A DNA stretch of 64,000 nt from Octopus sinensis (Eukaryota), in the NCBI RefSeq assembly GCF_006345805.1, contig NC_043008.1:40362001-40426000 (forward strand), written 5' to 3'. A model generated the notes under the pieces. It did no database searches. It saw only the letters and a list, made by a program, of their open reading frames with translations, and had not been told where the DNA came from. The position numbers and the translations under genes were made by a program. Position 1 is the first letter of the stretch, and each line of letters begins with the position of its first letter. This document shows positions 25,901 through 39,142 of this stretch, in pieces.

Positions 25901-27152
25901 AAATCATAGATGTAAGACAGACAGTTTGAAAATGAGAGAGAACTATCTTTACGTAATGCAATCACTTTTATTGAGAGAGAAGAAGAGACTATAAGCATCT
26001 AGCTAATTTTAGTTCACTTGATAAATGCGATTACTATGTAGTTCTTATTGGCCTCTAACAGGAACTACAAAACTGTTTCTTCAGTTATGCTCTTGATGCA
26101 TTCACATATAATTTCCTAGAAACTGACAGTGAGTCCTTATTGGAAACCTTCTTTTAACAACTTGTGACCCACTGTGAGCTTAATCACATTGCATTTTGAG
26201 AGGGCCTAGTGTTAAAGGGTTAGTTCTCAATGCAATGTGAGTAATTTCTATTAAGTCTTAATTTGCCTACCAAGTTATGATCCACATATGGTACATTTGC
26301 ACACTTAGTGTATTCCAGTTCGTTCTAAGAATTCAAAATAGAATTCGTGATAATTTCTGCTTTCCTCTTACCTAGCTTGAAGGTAACGAAATTCCTTATG
26401 GATACTGTTCTTCGACGTTTGAGTAAATTATTAAAATTTCAGCTTGTTTACCTGCATGCTTCTCGTCTTCTCTCTCACTCTCTTTCTCCTCGCTTCCTCT
26501 CTCATTCGGTCGTCATCGCTGCTGTGATCACAGTCGCGACCAAAGTATTGCTAGTTAACGGCTCTCCAAAATGTGTAATCCGTTTCTATCACTTCAAACT
26601 ATGAAACAGTGTGTGATTCAAAGATTTAAGATACTTTTAGAAAATTGCCTATGTGTTTGACAAAACTTCCAGATATTTATATGTTTATAGGTTTATTTTT
26701 GCATCGTAACTATGATGTGATGTTCCAAAGATAGATACCTTTATCGTAAATACAATGTGATGTTTTATAGATAGATTACTATAGGTTTGTTCAAAATTTG
26801 AGATGTTGCTTATAGATTTCTATATCTTAGTTATACTATGCTTAGTTATACTATGCTTAGTTTTCGACTCCTCTCAAAACATAGCACTAATTGCGTTTTC
26901 GCTTCATTCAATAAGCAATTGTTTTTTCGAAAAACGTAATAATGAATTAATCATATATTGCTATTTCTGTTCATCTACTATGTCACAGTATTTAACTAGT
27001 AGAGATAAAATACAAATATGCAATTATGTTTTTTGATTTACTATATCATTTTTGTTTTTATTTGCAGCGGTAAAACAATTTTATTGCATCAAATAAGTAT
27101 TCCTTTTGCAGACAGTTGGGTGTATTTGTCGGCGAATTCGTTTCTTTTTCAG

Positions 27153-27268
27153 TAAAGCACACGACCTATTAAACCTCTAACATGTGGCCTGGGGTGTTCT
27201 TCATATTCAGCCAGGCCGACTATAGTCTAGCGTATCTGATATTACTGTTTGAGAAAATCCAACCCCAG
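27153..27268 (+). other. Candidate host exon, possibly containing a start codon (ATG 27182)
   Basis: tttctttttcag| acceptor, CAG|GTAAAT donor; ATG to donor is 29 open codons (MWPGVFFIFSQADYSLAYLILLFEKIQPQ); no homology recognised. Confidence 0.25.
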
Positions 27269-28691
27269 GTAAATCTCTGGTTATATCAGGTATTCTTCAA
27301 AAGATGTATTTGGAGATATAGTTCATATGCTCCATAATCAATTTTATTAGTACCACTCGTAGAAAGATACGTATGAATTGAGACTTGTTAGACACTGGAA
27401 AGAGATTTATATGTGTAAATATGGCTCGTTGCAAAGAGTATAAAGACAATTGGGTACGAAAATAGATGCGTTGCAGTATGTAGTCAACATTTAATCTAGG
27501 ACTTCCATTTAACAAATCTAGTCTAGTTCCGCTTCGTAATTCATTCTGTCTGCATCGACTAAATAAGTATATTGAATTTAATGAGCTTCTTTTCGTCTGA
27601 TATTAAGTCTGTTCGATAAATTGGCCTGTTTCAGATTCAAAAGAAGTCATTATTGGCATGGGTTATGTGTTCAATAAATTTTACGACCACATGAAAGAAC
27701 GTAACCTGAGAATTAAACCGACAGGCAAAAATTTGAAAAGTTAGCAATATGTTCGATGACGGTATTCTGATTATATATATAAAAAAAAAGAGAAACTTAG
27801 ATTTTGTATTTAACTGTTAAAGAGGTAATCTAAACTATGTGTAAATGTAGTCTAGGATTACAATTACCGATTCAGTATTTTTTTTCTGAATTAACCTCGT
27901 GTCAACATTAATCAACATTAGATTTATGCTTCAATAGATTTAAAAGCTTTTCACTACAGCGATACACTTTACGTTAACTGTTCGCAAACGTACGTAATTT
28001 AATTTTTCGCTACACTTACATCTCTCTAGAAAGATCATTTCTTGAAATTCCATTCAATTTCGACTATTCAAACAGCATTCCACACACAATTGCATTTAAT
28101 TACTAAGATTATAAAATAAAGTGATTTTATTTGTTCAACTTCAATTTCGATATAGACTCTCTTTGAAAGTGTGCAGTTAGAATGTCTGTTTATTTATATT
28201 AACAACACTTAAATTATTAGAGTGCAGCTGCCCTTATAGATATAAAAGCAATACCTTAAGAAAGTGGTTTATTTTCTTGAAAATCGTACCCATCTTAACA
28301 GTATTTAGAAACAAAATAATCCAATGTTTTAATCTAAATAGATATACCTTTGAAGATATGAAGAAGAAGCCCATAAACATAGGCATTACATCTCAGAGAT
28401 TCATAAAGGAGATTTTTGCCTTTTGTATTGTTGGACACTCTCTACTAATGAAGTCTGTAGCTTGTGCAGAACCGATATTCCTCATGCATGTTAACATATA
28501 CAGAAAGCATGAAACCAAATCTGTATGATTTTTAAAAATTGAACGAGTAATGTTCACTGCCCTAGATATTTTGCGTTATTCGAACAGCATTAGCCGAGTA
28601 ACTTGCCAACACGTGCGGTGATATTTTTGTTAGTTAAATTTACTAAGTGGTCACTCAGCAAATTCTTTAAACCTGCCCACTAATATATATA

Positions 28692-28737
<46 letters not shown>

Positions 28738-28757
28738 GGAGATAGAGAGAGAGAGAA

Positions 28758-28792
<35 letters not shown>

Positions 28793-30524
28793 TAGATGCT
28801 TTAATACCAAACATAGTTGTCGTTCTATTTACGAGCCATTATCCAAAAAAAGAAAAAAAAACGTTAGGCACTAGTTATCGTCAATTGTCATCGCCAAAAG
28901 CGATTGAAAACGAAGTCTTATGCAATACTTTTACTTCAGAGTGATATATATATAGTATGTTGCTACTACATGTGTTATGAATTATTTCTCTCATAACACC
29001 ACCAAAGCACGGATTCAATATGCACAATACACATAAAACTGTTAAAGTTAATTTGAACTCATTTATTTCGGGTGTAAAAGGTTTGGCCGCATCAATGTAC
29101 CTGGTCAGACATCGTTGCTCCGTTATCGCTTGAAAATATATTAACTTTATATTCTTGTGGGTCACATGTATTTCATATTTATCGTTTAACTTAACAGACA
29201 TATGGCTTTTAATATGTAATCACATGTTATTTCCATGTTCCATTTTATTGTTTGGTATAAACTAGACATGTATCATTATTGTCGTTCCATCTTTTATTTG
29301 TTTCCCATCCATTTACTCCTGCTTTTCATAATTCCCCACCTCATCTCCTTATGCTATGATGTTTAACATTGAATTTCTATGCACGCCGTTCACTATATAT
29401 AAATATACGATATGTTGCTAGACATCTGGAAAAATTCCCGTTATGGTAATATTGAAACATAAAAAAAAGACAAAATGTAAAAACAAATTGCTAATACATG
29501 TAAATACACTTAAAATATTCAATTTACTAAAAAAAACTTTTACGAGCACAGAAAGCCCATACGAACGACTATAAACATTTAACTCAACTGTCCACGCAAT
29601 TCGTATTATAGCAACGGCGCTGTCCTCTATTCCTGATTACATAAAATTATTGACGTTTATGGAGTCAGCGAACGGCATTGTTTATTGCGTCGGATAGTAG
29701 AGGAAAAAAGTTTAAAATGAAGTAAAATTGCCATATACAGGGATACGGTACAGATCTAAAATCAGATAATCAAACAGAATAATGACATAATGCAAAATGT
29801 ATGCATATACGCTTGTGCAATTCTGAAAATATTTCATTGTTCACTCGAAATATGACTGTAACAAGACTTTAGCTTATATTGAAATACACTCGGATATTGA
29901 AAAAGCCAGGTCACCATAACTTTCTATATGAAGTTATGAAATAGTAATAATCATAATAATAATAATAACAATAATGTAGACGTACACTAAGAAGCTCTCT
30001 CCACAAAACAAACTCAATCTAATAACAACGGTACGCTGGAAGGAAAACTTCGCAATACAACAGTGGGAAGAGTTATGTTAATGCAGAGGAACTGAAATAC
30101 CGGAAGACATTTTGTCATATAAAGTGTAGTATCTTTCTCAAATGCACGATATCTCAAAGCAATATACGCGATAAGTCGAAGCCAGCATCAGGAAACCTGA
30201 AAAACACCTCTTACACAGTACATAATTTGAATTATTACCTGTATATGCAATTGTCCATGAATGCATGTGCACATGTTAATACTTATAAGCAACATAAATA
30301 ATGCTAACACGACACACGACACACACGTATACATGCAGAAAATAAAAGGAAAAACACGTGTCAAAGTGGCGCTGTACGAAAGAAAACAATGCGACTTCCC
30401 ACAAACCAATATAAATAGAAGCAAAGTAGTCACTAAGTTTAAAACATAACCAAACAGCTATAGAAAAGAGGCGATTTTTGATCTATCAGCCTACAGTATG
30501 ATAAATATATCCATTCAAAGAACA

Positions 30525-32870
30525 GAGAAGCGGTGTCGGGTCATAAGTCAACTCTGAATATACAGACCCGTCTCCTATTACCACTGTCAATGCCTCAATG
30601 ACAAGCTAAAACTCATACCGGATCGGGCATCATCCCGGGCAACACGAACTGTATTTGGGGTCGACAAATCTGCTGCTAGAACAAACTATCTAAAACATGA
30701 TCTACTAGGGAGCCAGATCCAGGATAACCCTAACCCTAGACCTGTAGGGGCGCCACCAAAAACATCATCTAAGCAAAACTAACATTAACTAGAGAAGAAT
30801 ACAGAGATGTGTTGAATGCTTTCTGTACAGCCCAGCTAAACCGAAACAATAACCTCATACTGCAAACATACGTTTCATGGATGATCTTTGTAGACAATGG
30901 AATACTCAGATATATGGGTGCAAATAATCTAAGTAATGTACATAGAGACACCATTAAGAATAAAAGATTAATTGACGTTGAAATGAGCTAAATTAGAACA
31001 CAAATATCTCATGGTAGACCAAATGAAAACAGCAACAATGTAGATGAAATAGGTAAGAGATGCACAGAAGCCAGTGTACAAGCATTATATTTCAACAGCG
31101 AAGCTGAAGAAAGAGTAGCGGAGAAAAGACATGTGGTAAAGGACGAAAAATTAGATCTACCTCAAGAACACGAGAAAATGTATGACACAGATTTTGAGGT
31201 GAATAATAAAGAGAAGATCATAGAAGCAAAATAAACTATTATGAGAGAACTCAGTAAGATTGAGGCTACTGACATCACCGCTAGCGAACCACTGCCATGG
31301 TGCTCAGACGTTATAAATGACAACAATATAATCATGATATATAATGTTGTTCTTAGACAGATCTTAATGAAGGAAATTACCTTAAAAAAACCATCTATTC
31401 AACTAAGTATCAGAACGACACAGAAAAGGGTCAACCATGTCAACAGACCTGCTAAGTGGAAAATAGCAATATAAAAAGAGATCAAATATCTGCGGGTCGA
31501 TGTATCAGTTGTCAATGAACTTGTTAATAGGAGTAAATTTTAAGAGGAAACGAGCTAGAAAAATCAAGCAAAAGAATAAGATTCTATAAACCTCCATGCG
31601 GCCAAGAAACAGTTGAAACAACGAATATAACTCAAAGCCCAACAGCTTAGACGGTATAACAAAAGAATCAACTTTTATCGACAAAACAAGATATTCAAGA
31701 CGGACGCAAAAAATACTAGGGAAAGCAGCAAAAGTTACATAGAAGTAAGGGAGCCACTTAAGACTGAGGAAATAGAAGAGTTCTGGAAGAAACTATGGAG
31801 CAACCAAAAGAATATAATGATAAAGCAGTCTGGAAAGAGCATGAGAAACTGAAGGAAGAAATGGAGGAAGCTGAAGCGCAGAAATGGAAAGCAATAGGAA
31901 TGCAAGACCTAAGATGTGTACTTAGAAAGTCTCGCAAAGAAAAACTTCAGGACTGGGCCGAATCCCTAAATTGTCTGACAGAAGTTCACCCAAATTCCGC
32001 TGCTCCTCTAACTCTTGTCATCCAGAAACCAGAGATGCTGGATGACCGAAGGAACAACTTGCCTTCTACCAAAAATTGAAGACACAAAAACTCCAAAGGA
32101 CTACCGACCAATAATATGTCTCAGAACCACCTACAAGATCCTCATAACCATATTAACTGACAGAATATACGCCTTCCTTCAACAGAGATCTATCATTCCA
32201 GAAGCTCAAACAGTTTTGGAAATAATAGTAGAGAATTTCCGGAGCAAAAGAAGAACATGAGTATGGCATGAATATACTACAAGAAAATGTTTCATAGTGT
32301 CCCACATAATTGGATACGCAAGGATTTTGAGATATATAAGATCTCTACTGTCATCTCCACATTGCTACAAAGTAGCATGGTCAATTGGAACACACGTCTC
32401 CTAAACCATAGTAACGGGATGTGACAGAATAACAACATCATCATCAAATGAGGCATCTTTCACGGTGACTCTCTCTTCCCATTTCACTTTTGCATGGCAC
32501 GGATTCCACTCTCAAACGAATTAAATCACGTTAGTTGTGGGTTCAAATTTACAATACGACAATAAACTATCTGTTTTATACGGACGATCTGAAACTAGAA
32601 ATATTGAATTTCTAAATGTCTCAGAGAGACATGAGCTGTGGTGGAGCGATATAGTGGTCGTATACTGTCAACTCAATGTCACAGCCTCGTAAGGAAATTA
32701 TACCACCGCCATTTAGCCCTAGGAAACATCGACGTCTCCTGTCGTCTTTGACACATTTCCTGTGTCCTGAAACTGCTAGAAATGCCGAATAACTAGCAGG
32801 GCTGCTAACAACTGTTAAATATTTCAGTAATGCCATCGGTATGGACTTTGGCCTTGATAAGCATCAACAC
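30525..32870 (+). pseudogene. Old degenerate Dong/R4-like LINE (RT region)
   Basis: KAQQLRRYNKR…EEIEEFWKKL; WMTEGTTCLLPK…KDYRPIICL; FHSVPHNW; GIFHGDSL; LFYTDDLKL…LLTTVKYFSNAIGMDFGLDK. Confidence 0.8.
32603..32766. mobile_element. 164-bp unidentified insertion with target-site duplication inside the RT YxDD region
   Basis: ctgaaactagaaat (32589-32602) and ctgaaactgctagaaat (32767-32783) flank it; RT homology resumes after it. Confidence 0.6.
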
Positions 32871-33419
32871 ATGTCCAAATTGGTTATTCATTTAAAAAGG
32901 TAAATGCTAAAAAAGGGTACCCATAACAAGACCAACCAAAAGAGAAAGAACACCCGGCTGGTTACCATAAATACTATGAAATAGTTGATTTATGGCTTAC
33001 AAAACTATGCAACACTCCTCACCAAATAATAAAAAATATACAACAAGAAACTTAATACTGTAAGTACCCAACGAAATGAACAAAACCAACATGTGCCATA
33101 GAAGGCACAACAGAAAAGCACAGCATGTGCAGTAAAAATATTGCAAAATACAAAAAACTAATAAAACAGAAGACTGAAACCAAACCCCATAACAAAATAT
33201 ACTGATACAATATCCCCCACGAAAAATGCAGCACACACCACTGCACCAGCATAGATGATGCAATAGAAAATTGCTTCAAACTTTTAGATATCGAAAAACG
33301 ATGGTGGTGATGACAATGGTGATAAACGTTACCTTACCTCAGTTTTGATAGACAAGAGATTCCGAAGAAACTCTGGTTGTAACAGCAAAAATAAAACTGG
33401 ACTAGCAGTAGTTCAGTAA

Positions 33420-35090
33420 ATATGCAGACTGACGCCAACTGTTATCCTAATACAGCATCAGCATATAATACAGCAAGGAGGAGGAAGCAGATCAGCGAAG
33501 AAAACAGGATAGTGATGCAGTGCTACTTAGAAAATGAAGGTAATAGAAAGGGCTACAGAAAACGGATGTTAACACTTTGGGTAGAGAAGAGTATGTTTAA
33601 ATTAACTCAGCAGAGATTAGTAGATCAAGCTAATACTATTACAAGAAAGTGGGTGACAGAATTGGAGGTAGAAGACGTAACACGAGAACTAGAAAGAAAG
33701 ACCTGGCAGTAGGAAAGACAAACGACGATATTAAGAAATACGGCTCAAACCAGAGAAGAATCTATAGGGGAAAATAATAATAGCGCTACCAATAAGGAAG
33801 GAACAACTGTCACCAGCTACTTAAGTGATTTAGGTGAGGAAGATCAGAAGAATTTAGATGAAGTGCAGTAAGTAAGTAATGAGTAAAGAAGTAAGAAAAA
33901 TACTGCCAGCATAAAATAACACCAACAGAAGGAAGTTGCTAGAAATTACCAGGAAAGTAGATTCTATTATCAGTAGGATAGATACTAAAAATATAGGGGA
34001 CACTAAGTTATTGGTCTATGCAGGATGAATAGTAGTCCCCCGAAGCTTAGATATCTCACAGGGAAGATTTTAAAAAATAGCAAATGTATAAAAGAAGTCT
34101 ACATATAAAGTGAAGACTTTAAGGCAAGATGTGAGTAGAGTAGAAAAATGGAAAGCGAACAAATTAGTAAATACAAAATGTAAATCTTACCCCATAAAAC
34201 GATACATAGTGAAAGAGAAAGTAGTTGTGACAATAATAGAAGCGTTGAAACAGCGTATCATAGCAGTAGCAGGTAAGATCTCCAGATACCGGACAAGGAT
34301 AGATCTGTATCAACAGAATAGATTTTATGAGACTGAACAGAGGAGATTGTATAATCAAATATATAGTTGAGCACGATATTCTGAAGATGAGAAACCTAGT
34401 GCAGAAGAAGCTGAAAAGTTCTGGAGTAATATTTGGTATAATCCAATCAGTATGGAGATGCAGAATGGTTAAAGAAAGTGAGGGAAGAAGTAGTGAGTGA
34501 GATGCGCCCATATCTAAGGGTGACTTGTGCATTAATGGGTGAAGTTTTAGGAAAAGTACCAAACTAGAATGGCCTAAGACCAGATTTATTTCAAGTGTAC
34601 TGGCTAAAGAAATTAAGTACTTTACATGGGAGGCTGAGGTAACAACTTTAGGATTGCCTTAATGGAGGAATTATACCAGATTGGATGACTAAAGGGAGGA
34701 CAATACTCATCGGCAAAGACAAGAGCAAGGTAGCAATCACTTGCTTACCATTACTGTAGAAGCTGTTAACAGGAACGCTTTCAGCAAGCATTTACGAGCA
34801 CCTAGACAACCATAATCTACTGCAAAAGTAAAAGAAAGATTGTTGGAATAAGACTAGTGGAACGCATGATCTACTATATATAGACAAAGCAGTAGTTCCA
34901 AATAGAGTAAAAGCTAGAAAGAAAAGTCTAGCTGTAGTATGGATAGAAAATAGGAAGGCACGGATAGATTATAGGCCATAGTCTCACACTCATGGATAAA
35001 TTAATGTTTGAGTAAGTCAGTATAGAAGAGAACATAAGAAAATTAATTAGATGTAGCATGAAGAAATGAAAAGTAGATATCTACTCAGAT
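33420..35090 (+). pseudogene. Old degenerate Dong/R4-like LINE (N-terminus to RT domain 3)
   Basis: EENRIVMQCY…KGYRKRM…W…TQQRLVDQ; LKQRIIAVAGKISRYR; AEKFWSNIW; PDWMTKGRTILI; ITCLPL; LLYIDKAV; SHSWI. Confidence 0.8.
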
Positions 35091-35094
35091 GACA

Positions 35095-35270
35095 CACGCT
35101 TTTCTTTATTTTCACTCCCTGTTTCTTCTGTGTTTTTTCTGTGGAAGAGCGTAGGCTTGAAACGTTAAAGACTTTTAACTTCCCGAGCGTTAAACTAATA
35201 CATATGTTTGTCGTTTACACCACGTGTATTCGTCTAATGTTTCATTGTGAATTCTCCCCATTTATAAACG
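35095..35270 (+). repeat. Penelope-UTR-like repeat with a degenerate hammerhead-like motif
   Basis: ctgtggaaGAGCgtagGCTTGAAACGTTAaaga at 35139-35171. Confidence 0.4.
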
Positions 35271-37689
35271 TATACATACTACATTCTCTATTTCAGCTGA
35301 AAGTAAAATCTTGTCTATTTCACATGCACGAAATAAGATATTCTATACATTCATGAAAGAAAAATAAATCGCGCCGCTGAGAGCACAGCCTTATCAAATA
35401 ATCTTTACCAGAGAAAGCACAGCCCCATTTCTCCAAGTGGTTTCTCACTTCAGAAGAGTCCTACACCAGCAACATTTAACAACATGCATTAAATATTTAG
35501 ATTTAAACGCTTGTGTGCAATTTAGTTGTATAAGCCAGAGACAGTTCAAATTCGATTTTGTTGCCTGTTACATAATCACATTGGCACAGATGTTAATTTG
35601 TATTAATTAGAATTGAAACGATTCTGAGAGAACCTACCGGTATAACAATTGCATGTCCTGAATTTATTAATCTGAGATATAAATATTTCATTTGACGTGT
35701 TGCATTCAATTCTTTGTCTTTGATTTCATTTTGCACGTTTTCATTGTTTGTTGATATTTTAGTCAAAATGTCGGAGAGAATAAACTACAAAACATTTTCA
35801 ATAAAATAATTCATATCCTTTTGTATTTGAGTTGATTTAATACCAGGGGAAATTACACAAACCAATCTAAAATTTAAATTTATTCATTTGAAGTCGTCCC
35901 ATTAAAAATAATTTGATATCGAGCACCGTCAACATTGTTAGTATGATCATTATCAAGATTATCGACATGGTCATGAACATTATCACCGTCAATATCATTA
36001 TTGTCATTACAGTTATAATCATAATCTTCTACATCATTATCCCTGTTATATTCCAAAGTCGCAAATGGTTTTGTAATTGTGTTCATCACTCGTTTCATTC
36101 CAGTATGGGTTTCACTACTCTGTCAAAAATATGCTTCGCAGTTAGACATACACCTATCATCTCAATAATTATTTCCATTAGCGGGTTAACATCAGAGATG
36201 ATATAATTAAACAGCTTTTAAACTTTGCATTGACAATTGTGCATCTTCGAATGAAAGTTTCATTTTTGTTTAATAGAAATATGGTTTTCAGTATCGAGTG
36301 ACAATGTAGGACTCGGAGTGACAATGGATAACCTAACTAGGGAAAAGAGTAGACTATGGCTAATAACATAAATTCATACTGAAACATGATTTTTTTTTCA
36401 TATATTTCATACTGCAAATGACAACTTTCGTGTTTATATGCGTGACATATCGTGATGTACTAAACGATAAAACACATTAATGCATTATTGCAGGAGACAC
36501 ACTACTCCTGCAAAAATTACTTCAATTTAATCAACCATATTAAACTTTCTTTCTAGTTGTAAATTATATTTTATATTGATACATGTGTTGAGTAGCATTA
36601 CCTAAAGCAGTTTGGCTACGCAGTCCATTAAAGCTTAATTTCCCAGGCCAGTTACATGCAATTTCGCTTACGAGTTTAATGAATATCAAAACTGCAAAAA
36701 AAAAAATAATAATAATAATGCCATTTGAGTTTTAAATACATTTTAGTGCGATGGTGTTATGCCCTTCTTCTAAAACCCACCAGCAGTTCATCTGGTTGTA
36801 ATAATATGGCTTCCTGATAACAATATGTTGCTACAGCACAAATTATGTAACAGCAGCAATGGAGGACAAATCAAAATCTACCGGAATCAATAATTACGTT
36901 TTGGGTGAAAATTGCAATATAAATTTGGTGAAGGAAATAAAATGTCAAGAAAGAATTATTGAATAACATTTGCAAATGAAAATAATGATTTATAAAGTTT
37001 TCTGTTTATTATTGCATCTCCGCACGGAATAATTTTAAAATTTCAGTTTATTCTCTCTTATAATACACAAACATATTCATACACACACACACGCACACAC
37101 ACACACACACACATACACATACATACATATATATATATATATCTTCTCACACACAGACACACACATATCGGGTGTTCGGTCATCAACAATCAAATTTTTC
37201 AAGTGGATTATGTCTGAGAAATAGCAGTTTAGTGAAAGTAGCATCCAACACGACCTAAGGGTACGTCCAGACCCTAGGTCATACATTCCCCTTAATATGC
37301 CAAGGTAGATCTTCGAATATCGCCTTGATATTGACCTCCAGATAGATGTTGGTGTTGTTGGGAGGGCGGTTGGTATCTTTCTCAACCGCAACCTACAGAC
37401 AGTAATACTTTGAATTACCAGCATGAGAATAAGGAATCCAGAAATAGGACACTTGACAAGTATTAAAAACTCCCAAGCAAACATTTCTGAATTTTTCCGG
37501 AGGTATGGCAATGAGCTGAATCATGCTACCACAAGTATGGTCTTCGGCCTGCAACTGTCTCCTGTGCGTGTTTCGAACAAGGTTTCCAGCAATAGAAAAT
37601 ATTGGTCTGAATTGTGCCCAAGTCTGTGCCCAGTGAATGCCTGTTGTGTCACTTCCTACTGTGTGTTTGTCTGTGTGTGTGTATGATGT

Positions 37690-37810
37690 TTGCTCCTGAA
37701 CTACATGGTTCCGGGGTCAGTCCCACTGCGGGTCACCTTAGACAAGTATCTTTTACTATAGCCTTAGCCCAACCACTGCCTTGTGATTGGATTTGGTAAA
37801 CTGAAAAATC
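37690..37810 (+). mobile_element. SINE family 2 fragment
   Basis: catggttccggggtcagtcccactgcgg…actatagcc…gccttgtga; homologous to 56790-56968. Confidence 0.75.
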
Positions 37811-37954
37811 TATCGAATATATACATATATATTTATATATATATATAATGATAAGTTTTGCTAACTAGAAAACGCAAAAGGCAGGTATGGTTAAATACTA
37901 CGGAAGCACCGCTGTCGAACATAGTTCCTGGCTATGAGGGTATCGCGAAAGGAA

Positions 37955-38118
37955 TGGTTGGAGGCCGAAACTTTCGAGTTCTTTCCCAGGGCCTTAGAAA
38001 AACAGGAAGACCTATGCAATAAATGTGTGAATCTTAGAGGGGAATATGTTGAATAAAATCATAATTATCTGACCTTCCTGTATTTCGTTTAACGTAAACG
38101 TTTCAGCACTCCTTTGTA
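37955..38118 (+). pseudogene. Mariner transposase C-terminus and 3' TIR remnant
   Basis: WLEAETFEFFPRALEKQEDLCNKCVNLRGEYVE* (stop 38054-38056), then tttcagcactcctttgTA. Confidence 0.75.
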
Positions 38119-39142
38119 AAGGCAAATTTCGAATAGATTAACGTAGATGGTCACCATTTTTTATTGGTTATCTTCATATGTACAATATTTCAAACAAATA
38201 TTTAACATCTTTATAAATCAATTTGTATAGAGAAACTTCTCAGTGAAAATCAATAAGGCAACATCGTCGACACGAATACTATCAATGATAATTTTATTTT
38301 CAAGTTTTAGCACATGAACAGCAATTTTATGTGCAGGTGGATTGTTGTTATATTATATTTTTGTTTTATTTTATTGACCAGGAAATTGGAAAATTAAGGT
38401 TGGCTGCGGCAAAATTTGTAGTCAGATGGTAAACAAATGATAGAACTGCCGCTAAACATTTCCCTGTTGCTTTAATGGTTTCGTCACCTCCAGCATTTAT
38501 AATGAATGCTGATGAATTTAATGCAAAATGAAATATTAAAAATAGTAAAGACGATGCTGATATTTATGAGCATATTGTCCATGGTAAGGTAGATGGATGG
38601 CAGAACTCTTGGAAGGAATATTGCTAGAGTGATATGCGTGGAATATAGCAGCAATTCTGAGATATTGACTTTCAAATGAAATGCCAGATACGGAGAATGA
38701 CAGAGGAAATGTCTGAAAGAGAGTATTTAAATGACAAAGATGGACACATTTCCTGTTAGGAAATGTAGAGCAACTGTGTAGAGTGTATAACCTAGTCTTA
38801 AAATTACGAAGTGCACGGTGCTTACGAATATTGCAGAAGTATATGGGTGAACTGGGATTTCATATTAGAGTTGATTGTTTTTGCATGTACACACATATAC
38901 ACTCAGGCACATACGTATACACACACATACACAGACCCATACACACGCACGTACACATACACACACTCGCACACATAAATAGACATATACATATATTTTA
39001 CATGTCACTCAAGAAAGAGCTATACTCCTGCTATCACAGGAGTTGAGAATTTCAGCTGACACAAAGAGAAAGTTTAAAGTATTTATGAAAAAAGAAAAGG
39101 AAGAAATAATTTATCTTCAGTAAATGTTTATTTGCAAAATAT

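Noticed and set aside
29101-29128. Minus-strand 28-nt micro-exon starting MSDQ
   Set aside because: Too short to distinguish from chance
30525-30615. HDV-like ribozyme at the 5' end of the old Dong copy (CGGGTC/GACCCG, TGTCA/TGACA, GCTAA)
   Set aside because: G1, the P1.1 GG and P3 could not be assigned; needs a family consensus
37180-37600. Minus-strand ORF 37077-37511 and a RPPNN string suggesting an APE remnant
   Set aside because: No second diagnostic motif; unresolved
38500-38550. CTGATGA…GAAA in AT-rich DNA
   Set aside because: No U16.1-H17 site and no stem I; expected by chance
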